Assembly: GCA_013265495.1 (NCBI GenBank)
Contig: MU057719.1
Coordinates: 312,001-376,000, forward strand
DNA length: 64,000 nt
Reading direction: 5' to 3'
DNA from: Vicugna vicugna
Lineage: Eukaryota
Under the pieces are notes generated by a model, which had not been told where the DNA came from, searched no databases, and was given only the letters and a program-made list of their open reading frames with translations. Shown here piece by piece: positions 47,423-60,000 of the stretch. The first letter of the stretch is position 1. Every line of letters begins with the position of its first letter. The position numbers were made by a program, and so were the translations under genes.

Positions 47423-50400
47423 TAATTCTCTTCCAGCCGCTGGCATCGCTCCTGCAGTGGGAAGGCAGCAAGCGCCCCCAGCCCAGAAAACCTGGGCCCT
47501 CCTTTCCCGCTGACTCCTGGTGCGCCCACCCTCCCCACCGGCAGGGGTTCAAAGGGGACGTGATCAGCGTTTGCCCAAGGGGGCTTTCCGGGCCCTGCCA
47601 CATGGGGGCCCCGGGCATGCACACTTGAGGGTCAACATGGGGGCTCTGGGGCCTGGGAGATGCGGACTGAGGGCTTGGCATCCTGCAGCAAAGATGGGGT
47701 TTGGCCCGAACCTGGGACCCCGAGACCCCCGTGCCCCAGAGCCCTTTCCCGGGGGCCCCGCTACCATCTCATAGGTCTGGTGCTCCTGGAGCAGCTTCCG
47801 GTAGCCCTGGGGCAGCCAAATGTCTTCCTCTTCCCCCTCCCCACAGAGCTTCATCTGAGGGGGCGGAGGTGGCAGTGGCAGGAGCTTTGGGGCGGCTCCA
47901 CGTGGCAGAGCCATCGAGTCAAACTGCCACCTCGGCCAAAGGGCAGGGAGAGTCCAAAGCCCCCACCTCACTGCTGGCATTTCTCACTGGCTTCACCGGA
48001 CATTTAAGAGCTCAGGGCTCCGTCTCCATCTCTCCGTCCAGCCCTCACATACTCCCTGCTGGCGTCAACTTCCCAAAACATGGGTGCCAGCCTACCATCC
48101 CGTCACTGCACAGTCCTCCTTGGCTCCCCGCTACCCCAGAATGAAAGTTCTCATCACACACAGGCTTCCTCTCCAGTGCCGGCCTCTCCTTCCCCACTCA
48201 GCTTCCCAAATTAAAGTCACACCTCCTCCTCCTGGATCTTCTTCCCAGGGACCCTCAGGATGTGCTGTTGCACCACGAGGCACCTCCCAGTCTGCCCCAC
48301 TCCCCTCATCACAATGGCCGGTGCCCGGTGCCCAGTGCCCCACCCCTCCCAGCCCTGCATGCAAGCTGGTCTGAACAGCTGATTCATACTAGAGTGAAAA
48401 TGGCTGAAAAGCCAGTAGCCGTGTGAATTTTCTCTGGAAACAAAGCACTATTTATATGGAGCTCCTTGTAGTCACACTTTAGCCAAAGACCCCGGACTTC
48501 AAGGTGGGGGGCTCCTCCTGCCCCCCCTTCTCAAGGCCCACAGTGTGACAGTGACTTGACCAGCCCCTCCTGGAGTTGATGGCAGGACTGGGTCAGGATT
48601 CCAGAGGCCCGGCCTGCAGCCCAGACCCCTCTATTTCCCAACCCAGCCGAGAGTGGGAGGCTGGGAGCCCTCTGGCCCCCGGAAGCATCTCCCGGTCATG
48701 GGACTCACAGGAGACTCCTGGTGGGGAGTGGATCCGAGGCCCTATCTCCAGGCGGGGGGAGGCCACGGGCCTCCAAATTCCAGGCTAATTGGCGTCTGGG
48801 GAGCGCACTCCTCAACGGCAGGCTTGTTCTCCTGCCCGGTCTGCGCACTGACGCTGCCCCGGGACACCCCCCCCAAACCCAAACTGACCCAGGCCCGTCT
48901 GCCGGGGCCGCCCCAGGAAGCCTCTGACCCGCGCCCTCTCCCAGCTGGGAGGCACCACAGCGGCTGGGCTGCCGGCCTGGGAGGAGAGCCCCCCTGACCT
49001 CGGGGCCAGAGCATCGCAGGGAAGCCGGCCCGAGACAGAGGCAGAGATGGAGCAGCCCGTGAGCAGCGGCAGGGAGAGGCGCCCACGCCGCCGCCGCCGC
49101 GGACACGCAGACCACGCTCTGGGCAGAGCTCGCCGCAAGAATTGCCCAACCAGACTATTGCAATAGGTTAGGGTTCCGATCGGCCCTGCAGATGGCCGTC
49201 AAGGCCAGGCCTCCCGGCCACCCTGAGCGCCCAGGCTTTGGGGACCGTGGCTGCCGAGTAGGGAGGAAAGGTCACATCCCTGGGCCCCCGAACACGTCGT
49301 CTGTGGGCAGGACGGGACGGGCAGGCATGGGGCTCACGGATGGTCATCCTCACCCCAGGACGGTCCTGAGGAGTCTCTCGTTTGGCCCCGGGGAAGCAGG
49401 GAAGAACCAAGTTGGGAAGACCGAGGGGGTAAAGGGACACAGCCAGACCACAGCCCAGGGCCCCGCTTCAGCATCCATCTTCCTCCAACCAAGACTCACC
49501 CTGCCCACCTCCCCCTCTGTCCAGCAGCCGGGCAGCCCCCTGGGCCTCTCACCAGCCCAGCCCAGGGCCTCTCAGCTTGGGTGGCCAGCAGACCAGACAC
49601 AGGTAGACGGCCCTGCAGGCAGACTGAGGGTCAGAGACTGCACTGACCTGCGCCTCCCTGGGCCCCCATCCCCTCTTTGAGGTTAGAGTCCTGCCAGGAT
49701 TCGGAAGCACCACCTGCATAGTGACGGCTCCCTTCCCACAGTCTTCTGGCTGGGGTCAACCCCAGAGGAGGGCCTCTCCACTCCCAAGGGGCCCCCAGCG
49801 CTCCCTGGTGAGATGCCCACCGTCCAGACTCGACCTTCCGCCCCACAGTGGGGTCTTGCCCTTGGGGTCCCTGCCAGGTTCTTGGCGAGCATCCCTGTGA
49901 CATGCTGGTCTCCGAGCCCCGCTTCCCAGCCACACCCACCTCCCAGCCACACCCACCTCTTGATCATGGAAGCCCAAGCAAGGAGAACCTTCTGGAAGGC
50001 TCAGCGGGGACGGGCCCAGCTGAGAGCTCTGTTGTCCGGCTACAGCCACGCTCAAGGATGTGTCCAGGACCACTGGCTGGCCCGTTCCCAGCAGATCCGC
50101 ATAATCCGCCCAAAGCAACATGGCTCGTTAAAAGTTTTATTGATTGAGCACAACTGAGTGTTGGTAGCAGAAGTCCTCCTGGTGTGGCCCACTTTTCCTA
50201 ATGGGTGATCTCAGGCACTCGAGCTAGTGTGTTAAAGGGGCTTTAGGACAGTTTAATAGCTCATAAAATTTTATAGTCCCAGTTGAAATCAGAGTGATAA
50301 CTCTGGTCTGCACAGCTAAATGTCTCTCATCTATTTTTTCCCCCGTTTATTGGAAAGTTAACATCTGCTCTGCTAAGGGCGGGAAGAAAAGGGAAGGAAA

Positions 50401-50649
50401 ATAATGATCTGTTTTTCTGGGAGAGAGGTAGGCAACTTGGGCTCTCCTGGCAGCATCTCATTTTCCAAGCGCATAGTTTTCCTTTAAGTCGGAAAGACGA
50501 TCGAGAAGCCGGCTGACCCACAGTTCACAGAACACCCCAGCAGGCATCGGTCCCCCCACAGCGACTGCTGAGAAGTTGAAGTCTATCCAGGCCACAGCCG
50601 CAGCCCGGGATCAGCACCAGCCTGGGGAGCCCATTAAGAGTCACTACTC

Positions 50650-50755
50650 GGTAATTTGCAAGACACCTACTGTGTGCATGGTCCAGGGGGGCCCACAGAG
50701 GCCAAGCACACAAGTTCACTGCCTGCGAGGAGCTTACCCTCGGAAGATAAAACTG
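50650..50755 (-). mobile_element. L2 remnant
   Basis: acacctactgtgtgc...cactgcctgcgaggagcttac matches the antisense L2 end. Confidence 0.6.
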
Positions 50756-51164
50756 TAACCGGGCTCTGCTCCCAGACAGCCCTTGCGAAGGCTTCTGGGA
50801 GGAGGCAGGGACAGGACAGACGCTCCAAGGAAGAGCAGGCTCAGAGGCTGGGCCCGACGACGGGAGAGCCCAAAGCCCTCGCTGCACCGCATGGTAGCGG
50901 GCCACCCGACCGACCTCCGGGAGCCCATTTCCCCGCCTTGCAAGTGCGAATCACGTTAGTACCTACCTCTCAGCGCCAGAGTGAGAACAAAAGGCAATAC
51001 AGCATGCGGAATGCCGGCCCACTGGTGTTTCAGACGCAGCCTCACAAGAAGGAGATCTGGGCAGACAGCTCGGTGGGTCCTCAAAAGTACACGTGGAGCT
51101 ACGCAGGCCCAGCAACTCCACTCCCCCATTTTACTCAAAAGAAGACTCAGCGGCACGGACAGGC

Positions 51165-51447
51165 GTTCCCACGCGGATGAAACTCAGACCCATCACGGGA
51201 GGCCCCGCGTGGTACGACTCCTTTGACGTGAAACATCAGCACAAGCAAATCCCTAGAGACAGAGAGCAGATTGGTGGTAGCCAGAGGCTGGGGAGGGGGC
51301 ATCCTTTTGGGGTGGTGACAGTGTTTCAGAACTAGAGGCGGTGGTTGCGCAACATTGTGAATGTGCTAAATGCCACTGAATTGCCTGCTTTAAATGGTTA
51401 GTATTTAGACATGTGAATTCCACCTCAATAAAAAACATTTTTTTAAG
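51165..51447 (+). mobile_element. L1MB-like 3' end
   Basis: gcaaatccctagagacagagagcagattggtggtagccagaggctggg...ggtggttgcgcaacattgtgaatgtgctaaatgccactgaattg...tgtgaattccacctcaataaaaa. Confidence 0.9.
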
Positions 51448-54045
51448 AAGGAAATTTACATTGAGAAACATGACCTATGAAACACTCGCCCGGGCCAGAC
51501 CCCAGACACAGTGCCTCCTGTCTCTCTCCAGCCTGTGACAAGCGAGCTGCCATGTCCCCCCGCCCACCCACCTGGTCCAGCCCTGGAAGCCCAGAGCCTG
51601 GATGCAGCAGGCAGGAGAGGGCGCGGGCTGGCTGCCCCACAGAGCGATGGAGAGGCCCGTGTCCTAGGGTGTTGGAAGGGTTAAGTTAAATAGATTACTT
51701 ATGGGAGGTGCATTATAAAGAGAGAGGGACAAGCCCTCAGGCACACTGGCTGTCCCCGCAGGGGAGCACCTGCCCTGGCAGCCTGCGGGGACAGGCACAG
51801 CTGGGGCACCCACAGGGGTCAAGGCAGAGCCCCGACCTGCCCCAGACTTCCGGGAAGCTCTGCTCCCCTGCCCACCTTCCCCGCCACTACCCCCCTCCCT
51901 GCTTCTCTGGTTTCCTCCCAGACTTCCCATCTTAATTCCACCCGGGAGAGGCAGCCTGGGGTGGTGGGTCTGTTGTGCCGCCCCACAGGCTGCCAGGCCC
52001 AGGGTGTGAGCCCGCCTGCCCCGAGGGAAGGCTGCCAGCCCCGCAGCCCCTGACGCAGCGCCGCCCACACGTGGCTGCCGCAGAGGCGGGACCCAGGCTC
52101 CCCACCCCGGGCCACCACTGCCTGGACAACCTCCTGGGCTTCTGCCTATCAGGGAAAGGCCAAAAAGAGGCCGCGTGCCTCCCGCCACCAGGAGGCAGCC
52201 ACGCACACAGGGCAACACTCACACGGACCTCAGGTGCTGGAGGGCCCCGCAGGCGTTCGCCGGGCGGGCGCCGCAGGCCCGCAGCGCTGCCCGGTGGGGC
52301 CCCAGGGCTCGGGGAAACGGCGTGGCCGCAGGTGCCCGGGTCCGCCCGATGGGCTGGGAGCTGCCCAGACTTTGAAATATCACTGCCTAGCAAGAAACAC
52401 GCCTGCCGAGGAATCTGCAAATCTTTGAATTCATAAATGCCCTGTGGGGTGTAGTGACCCCTTGGAAGGCAGGCGGCTGTCCTGGAAAAGGGCACGTGAG
52501 CCCAGCCCGCACGGACAGCAGGGAGGGGGTCGCAGAGCGCTCGCCTTTTCCTGGGGCGGGCTTTCCTCCAAGGAGTGGCTCTCATCGGATCCGGATGCCG
52601 AAGACCCCGGCAAGGATGCGGCCCCTGAAGGACCGGGCTGGACGGCCCGTCACGGGAGCCACACGCTGGCCCTGCACCCAGTCCCCACGTGCCACTCAAG
52701 CACAGGGCAGAGTCCCCCTCACGGGCCTGCAGTGAAACCTTGCACACAGCGGCAGGGTCTGCTGGCCACCCCTGGCCCCCAGCCTTCGCCTCCTCCTCTG
52801 TGTGGAGCAGGCCCATCCCACCTCCAGGTCGCCTCCTGGAGGCCATCCCCACCACCCCCGGACAGCAGCCCCGGCCCGGCCACGGAGGCGTCCCCTGGAG
52901 GCCCGTCCTCAAAGACCCAGCAGCACTCATGTCCCTCTGTCCTGTGTCTGATCTGTGTGTGTTTCCTGCCTCAGCCTCCGTGGGGCCTGACACCTTCCCA
53001 GCTGCACTTCCCGCGTGCTGAGCCCCAGGGGAGGTAAATGTTAGCTGACTGCGGACAGAATATCGAAACAGAAACACTGTGATCAAGACACCTGGGTTCG
53101 AGCCCTAGCCCGGCTGCACGGCGCTGTGCGCTTGCGCCCGTTTTTAACCCTTCTTGTCCGTACAATAGAGGAGACCCAGGGACGCACAGACCAGCGCTCT
53201 CTCCATCACTCCGCCTGCCCGCGGACCCCCAGAAGGCAAGGACTTTTTAGGGGGTCTTGAGACCGCCCCCACCCCCGGAGCGAGGAGCTGCAGTTAAGTC
53301 CTGTGCCCTCCCATCCTCGGGGGAGCTTCCGACGCGCTGACACAGCGCACTGTGGGCCCCGAAATCATCAGATTGCAGGAGAGGGAGGCAGAGAGGAAGG
53401 GGAGGGTAACTGAGCATCAGAGAGGAAGCTATTCTCAGGTCAGCCATTTCATGCTTCCTCCTCGTATGCATGTTTCCGAAGTCACCCCCCAGGCAGAGCA
53501 GTTCTGCTGTTTCACGACATAAAGTGGATGTTGTCGTGACAGCATCTTACAGAAACCATCGTAGCCCCGCTCACAGAACACCAGCGACGCACCATAAAAC
53601 CCTCCAGGTGGCCTCACTCTCCCACTTTGCAGCCGGGAAGACCACGGCCGCGCCGCCTGGGTCCCCAGGTCACGCGGGGCCTCGGCCACCGGTCGGCAAA
53701 GTCACAGGCCGCGCGCGCTCCCTCCCCTGCGCAGCTGCCAGCGACAGCCCGTCCCGATTCCGGGTTCACACCCAGCCCCCCGCAGGCTCAGGCCCCGCAG
53801 CCCTTTTCATTTCCAAGTCTGGCTACTACAGACGCAAAATGAAAAATGAGCCAATAACCCAGGAATTCCGAGCCACTCGGCGCGAAATGCAATAACCAGG
53901 GTGAGGACCGGGCGGCGAGTCCAGCCAGACAGATTAAGCGGGTGGCGGCGCCGAGGAGCTGCCCTCTCCGGCGCTCGGTGACGTTGAAAGGGCACAGAAA
54001 GGTCTCGCCCTGGAGGACACAGGGGGTCCCAGCCCAGGTGGGGCT

Positions 54046-54254
54046 CTGACTCGGCCTTCCCGGCCAGGGGTCCCCTCACCTTCCAGGTCTGGAAGATGGG
54101 GTCCCAGGACGCTCGGAGGACACACACACCTGGAAAGTCCAGCACAGGTGAGGGCACTGGAACTGACTCGGCCTTCTAGGTCTGGAAGATGGGGTCCCAG
54201 GACGCTCAGAGAACACATACACCTGGAAAGTCCAGCACAGGTGAGGGCACTGGA
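54046..54254. repeat. Two-copy tandem duplication (about 116 and 92 bp)
   Basis: ctgactcggccttc...aggtctggaagatggggtcccaggacgctc...cacctggaaagtccagcacaggtgagggcactgga is repeated; the second copy lacks 24 bp. Confidence 0.95.
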
Positions 54255-56159
54255 CCGCTGGTGCCCGTCCATGTGCTTGGAACGGCCGCGGCCCCACCGC
54301 TCTCGGACGGCGGCCTTCCAAGGCAGAACAGCAACGCTGGTGAAGGCTTTGGAGGGGAGCGTGTGTGTACGTTCTGGGGACATGAGGTCCTGAACAGAAG
54401 GCATCTTCGCTTGCTGGGGGCCTGTCAGGTCACCAGAGTGCCTGGCAGAGGGCCCCGAGGCCCATAGAACGGGCAGGGGCACCAGCCCTGCTCACCACGC
54501 TGCTCGTGCCATCCCAGGGGAGGGGCGGGCCGCGGAGGTGATGTCCACGCTGGGAGTGTTTGTCACCACAGACTCGGAGGTCCGCTGACCCCGTCCTGAC
54601 TGGCCCTCAGTCCTGGGGAGGTTTTAAGACATTCATGCCCAGTGTCCTCCAAACCCTGCAGACTTGGGTGCCACTGGCCTGGGTATGGCACCCCTGCCAT
54701 CTGAGCCCCGCAGGGCACCCCACCCATCAAGTGGGCCTCCCTCTTCGGTGCCTCGGTGCCTCAAGATGGGCCGGCACCACCCAGCCCAGCACAACCCAGC
54801 ACAGCCTGGTTCTGTGACGGCTTCAGAGATGTGCGTCCTTTCACGTGGAGTCACCAGGCACCCAGACCGACTGCTCAGATGCTCTCCAGACCCAAGACCC
54901 CGCACCTGCCGGTGAGTCTCCACCCACCAGGAAACCCACCAACCGCCGGGCTGGGCCTTCCCCACCCCAGTCAAGGCCGCTGGGTTCTGGGTCTGCGGCC
55001 AGAGCGAGGCCTCACCTTGACTGGCACGTGGCACGTGGCACTGTGGTCGTGAAGGGTCTGGACGGCCCCGGCACCCACAGGAGGGCTCCGCAGGACCACA
55101 CCGAGCACATGGACGCCTCCGCCCGGGAGACAGCCCTCAGGGTGAGCGCCCGCGGCAGGAGCCCGCCCAGCCTCGTCCAGCCTGGGGCAGAGGGTCATGG
55201 CAGGAGCAGGGACCCCCCATACTCAAGAACCGGGTGTTTTGTCTGCTGTGGCTGTCTGCACTAATTTGGGTTTTTAAGAAGATTGCATTGAGGCAGTGCT
55301 TCTCTCCATCCAGAGCTTCCTGGAGCCTGCGAGGAGCATCCTGCCCTCCTCGCCCTGGCCCGGCCCCGGCCTCTCGGCTCTGCTGTGCCGGTGCCAGCTC
55401 TCTGGGCCTCTGGACACCGCTGGCCACCCTGGTGGCCCACCAGGCCTCCAAGCACGTGAAGACACCTTCTGTTCAGGACCTTCTGTTCCCCAGAATATTT
55501 ATTGTCCCCAGGATCCATCATGATGGTCAAAAGCCAGGTGGCTCCACCTCCAGGGGACGTTTCGGGAGTTCAGGAAGGGCTATTTTGGGTTTTCCTGATG
55601 GCCGTGGCTGGCAGGCCTGGGCTGTGCCCTTGGCAGTGAACGAGGGCCCTCCATCGTGCAGACCAGCCCCACCGACCACACTGCCCCAGTCTCACACAAC
55701 TTCTAAAGACACCACCATACGTTCAAGTCCACCACGTGAGCTAGATGCTTACAAAGTGAACCCTGAGTGTCTTGAATGTGACCTTAGCAAGCCCTGGATT
55801 CTCCAGGGACACGTCCGCCTATAAATTAGAGGCCACGTGCCTGGCTCTGTTTGGAACTTTACCCTCTGGGGGAATCACACCCCAGACAGACGCATGTCCA
55901 GGTGCTGGGGCCCACACCTCCCTGTGCGCGGGGACCCCCCACGGCTGCTGCTGGAGGAGACCCGGGCATGCACACGCCACAATGCCGGTCACCTTGTTAC
56001 CCGTGGTTTCCCTTCAGTTCCTCCTTCATCACAGTCAGGACATTATACTGATTTCTTTTTCAAAGTTATGTATGAGATGAATTATCCTCCCCTAAGACCT
56101 TTATATCAAACAGTAAAGGGAGGGCCACCGGGCCTGGCGGGGGGAGCAGATCAGCCCAC

Positions 56160-56262
56160 TGTCCAGGCTGCCCATCAAACCCCTCGGGGGGCATTACAGA
56201 ATGCTGGTGCCTGGGCCCGAGTCGGATGCCCACACACCTGGTCTGGGGTGCAGCCGGGGCAG
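56160..56262. mobile_element. MER5A-like hAT-Charlie DNA transposon remnant
   Basis: ggctgcccatcaaacccctcgggggg..aatgctggtgcctgggccc..ggtctggggtgcagccggggc resembles MER5A. Confidence 0.55.
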
Positions 56263-58489
56263 GGGGCGGACCACACAGACCTGGGCTCCGGTCCCAGGCT
56301 GGGTAAATGCCCTGCCATCTGCGGGCCTCAGTTTTCCCATCTCTGAAGTGAGCGCATCCCAGACACACCAGAGCCAAGCACAGGAGCCCAGGAGTGCAGC
56401 CGCTTCCTTCTGTCCCACGTTCCCCCGACAGCAGGAGAGCGTGTCCATGTGTCGGCCCCAGCGCTTCCCCAGGGGGCCCTCTGCACGGAGCCAGCACACA
56501 GGAGGTGCTCCTCGAACGTGCATGGCCAAGAAATACGCCCTCTTGAGAGCCTCCCTTTCCTCAAGGGGGGCTAGTGGGGTCTCCCCATCCCCTCCGGGGG
56601 GAGGTAGCAGAGTTACAGGTGGCCGGTCTAACTGGCCGACGGGGTAATGCACCACTGAAGACGCAGGGCCCCCGAGTAAGTAGCTGGGCGCTATACATAA
56701 GGCCCGGGGAGGTTCATGAGCCCCAGGGAGGGAGGGAGGCAGGAGCTACTTCCTTCAGCACAGAATTCCCGCAGGGGCTGTCAGCGGGGGAGAGATGGAG
56801 CGGCCAGGGGCCCTGCCTGCAGCCCTGGAGCTGGGGGAGGCGGAGGCAGGGAGAGGGCTGGCCTGCCTTCAGGGGAGTGGTGGTGGACCCCTCCCAGGAG
56901 CCTCCCTATAATCTCAATTACTGCTCGGGGGGGCAAACGGGAGCCCCTCGCCCCAAGAGAGCGCCTAACGCTAAATCAGCCCATCATCTCCCCAGGCGGC
57001 CACCGGAATGGGGGAGCAAGTCAAGGAGCCGAGTGGCTTTGAGATGCCAGCTCCGTCCTCCACCCCGTCCCGCACCGGGCTCTCTGGGCATTTGGCTTGT
57101 TTGCCTGTTTGGTGACACTCCCCAGGGTGCTGTTTTTGCAGGAGGAAGGCGTGTCCCCAGAAGAGCCCTGCCTTCGGCTCCCAGCGGGCGCCTCGTGGCC
57201 CGGCCAGGGAGGGCCAGAGGCTAGGCGGGAGGTGGGCCCCCCTGGTGGCCAGGCCTCTGAGAGGAGACCCTCATCCCAGGAGCCCGTCCCGGCTTCACAG
57301 GGGGCAGCCGCTGCAGGCCCAGAGGGGGCAGAGGGACAAAGGGACAGACGGCACGGGCCCTTTCTGGTTGTCCCGGTCTCTGAGCAGCGTGTCCGGCCTG
57401 CACCATCCGGGGGCCGACTGGGTCTGGTACACGTGGGAAGAACCCTTTCTGGCTTTTGTTCAGCTATAATTTGCCTACAGCGCAGCCCACCCCTTTCCAT
57501 GCCCACGCCTGAGAGTTCTGACAATGCTTGCGGCCCTGTAACCATCGCCCTGTGGAGACCCAGCACACTCCATCACCGCAAACGGCCCGGTGCCCCTCGG
57601 CAGTCAGCCCGCCCCACCCCAGGCTCGTCCAGCCAGAAGGGGATGGAAGGAACCGTGTGTCCTGCAGCAGGTGAACTGAGCGCGAACTCGGCACCAGTGG
57701 TGAGGGAGAGGCCCCTGCAGCGGTCTCTCAGCCCCGCCAGCCCCGCCTTGTGTCCTTTGTTCCCGAGGGAGGCACGCTGGCGCTGGAGGGCCGCGGGGTG
57801 GCCGGGCTCACTGTCCCCTTGCCTCCCGCCGCCCGCCAGCGAGGAGATCACTCAGGCCCTGATATGATCACTGCGGGACAGGCGGAAATTGGAGTGTCCC
57901 CGGAGCTTGATCGCGCCAGCGAGAGCCACGGCCGCAGGGACATTAGCGGCCAGCGTAATGGCCTGCATTCAGCTCCCCTGGCAGCCCCGTGACCTTGGGC
58001 GGCTCGGAGCCCGTTGCCATTTTAATGAAAAATCAGGAGTTAGGGAATGGCTGTGGCTTAGAGAGGGCAGGAGGTGGGGAGCTCTGTGCCCGCCGCCCTC
58101 AGTCCATCTGTCCTCGCTGGCTGCAGGCCGCCCTGCCCCGCCGGCCCCATGGTGGTGGGGCCTGGGGACCCCTGAAGAGACAGAGATGCCCACGGCCGGG
58201 GACCTTGGGTCGAACCTGTGATGAGGAGCTGGGGAGCTGCCAGTGGTGGGGCTTCAGCAGGAGTCGGGGAGGGTACACCACGAGGGAGGCAGGGAGCCCG
58301 CAGGGGTCAGCCCTCACCACCCAGGACAAAGGGACCCTCGGTCCCTCCTGGGCCGAGTCACCCACTCCACCACCCGCTCATCAGCCTCAGTTTCCAGCTC
58401 TGCAGTAGCTCTGCCTGGTCCGGCTCCCCCAGGAGGAACCGACAGCTTCGATGAAGCACTTATTGTGTGTCCCCACTGTCCCCACAGCC

Positions 58490-58590
58490 CCGTGACCCTG
58501 GGCTGTCACTCACCCCATTTTCAGATGAGGAAGTGACCCCCAAGTTCACACAGCAGGCGGAGGGCCAGCCACCAGAGTTTGCACCCCCTG
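58490..58590 (-). mobile_element. MIR SINE remnant
   Basis: ccccattttcagatgaggaagtgacccccaagttcacacagc..gagtttgcaccc matches the reverse MIR core. Confidence 0.75.
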
Positions 58591-59699
58591 CCCGGGCGGG
58601 GCCGGCCCCCACTCTCACGCCGAGCTGTTTCTGTGAGCTCTTTTCTAGGTCAGGCCGAGGGTGAGGCCCGGGCCCCTCACCTCTCACTTCTGAGCCCTGC
58701 AGCTCCTCTGGGCTGACAGCTCTGCCCGCAGGAGGGTCCTCCCCCAGCAGAGCGCCCCTGTCCCGGGCGGTCTGCACCCCGCTCCGGGCCCACATGGGAT
58801 CCAAACGCCAAAGTCAAGGGGAGGGCCCAGGTGTCCCTGCTGGGAGCGCTCCTGGCCCTCCTGCTCCTCGTGAGAGGCCCCCCGGCGGCCACCCCCTTGC
58901 AAACACACACAAAGCACTGCGACCCCAGGCTGACCCTGGCGCGGCCCACCGGGGGTTCCCAGCCCAGCCTGAATAGGGCAGGGCACCCGGCCGGCACTCT
59001 TGGCCAGCCCTGCCCGCTGGGAGCTGATGGTCACAGGGCCAGGAGAGGGTCCACGGCTAGTGGGCCCACCCCAGTCTCTCTGGCTGCAGCGGGCTGGGGT
59101 GCAGAGAGCGTCACAGGCAGACCTGGGAGGCGAGGCCTGGGCTCAGGTGGGGGGAGGAGCAGGAGAGGTGGGGAGAACCTTGCCCCCCTGTCTCTCCTGG
59201 CTCTGCCTCCTCCATGCCTTGGCTCTGTCTTGGGCTGGCTGCCCTCATGGTCACAGCATAGCTGCCAGGGCGCCTTGGGGACCGTGGGCAGGTTCGGCAG
59301 CCAGCCCGGGACCCCAGGGGTCACCCCAGCTCCCAGGACCTCTTAGAGGCCGAGTTAGATCCAGGGCCTTGCAGGCCCCGGTCCCCAGACCGGGCTCTGG
59401 TGGTGACATCTTCCGCCGTGGGTGACAAAGAAGAACTGGACGTGTGATGAGCTGTCCTCTCTTCCGACTTCACGTCGCTTCCACTCTGTGGGTGTGCAGA
59501 TGTCCTTTGTTTCATGCACTCGTGGTAACAGCAGGTGGAAGTTGGGGTCTGTTTTGTTTGTGTGAGTGTCTTCACTCGGCAGAGCAAGAACGTAGCAACT
59601 CTGTCAGACCCCAAACGGCTGCGCTTTGTCTGTCTGGGGCGCTGATGGATCCAAGCCCCAGCAAGCAGTGAGCCTGGGGCTGTCCTGGGTGTTTCACCG

Positions 59700-60000
59700 C
59701 CACCACAGCACAGCTCCTGGTCTGACAGGAGCAAGGCAGACTTTCCCCTCTAAGGAGGGAGCTGGGCAGCTGTGAGTGGACTGGATGTTACACAGCAAAC
59801 AAGCAGGGACAGGGACCGAGAACAGTGGGGAGAGAGGGAGCCAACATCTGGGGAGGGGCTCCAGCCGGGGAGCAGCAGGTGCAAAGGCCCTGAGGTGGGG
59901 GTGGAGCCGCATGGCTGGGTGGAAGGAACGCAGAGGACAATGCCTCCAAGCGTCTTCAAGGACGTCCCAGTGTCAGCAGGGCCAGATGGGGAGTGAGGAC
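59700..60000 (-). mobile_element. L2 remnant
   Basis: ggagcagcaggtgcaaaggccctgaggtggg is a characteristic antisense L2 motif. Confidence 0.65.

Noticed and set aside
51932..53086. 384-aa minus-strand ORF, and similar ORFs at 301-1278, 40244-41266 and 17052-18026
   Set aside because: No recognisable family; overlapping ORFs in several frames point to composition rather than coding.
54046..54254. Direct repeats considered as a CRISPR-like array
   Set aside because: Only two long adjacent copies with no unique spacers, in mammalian DNA.
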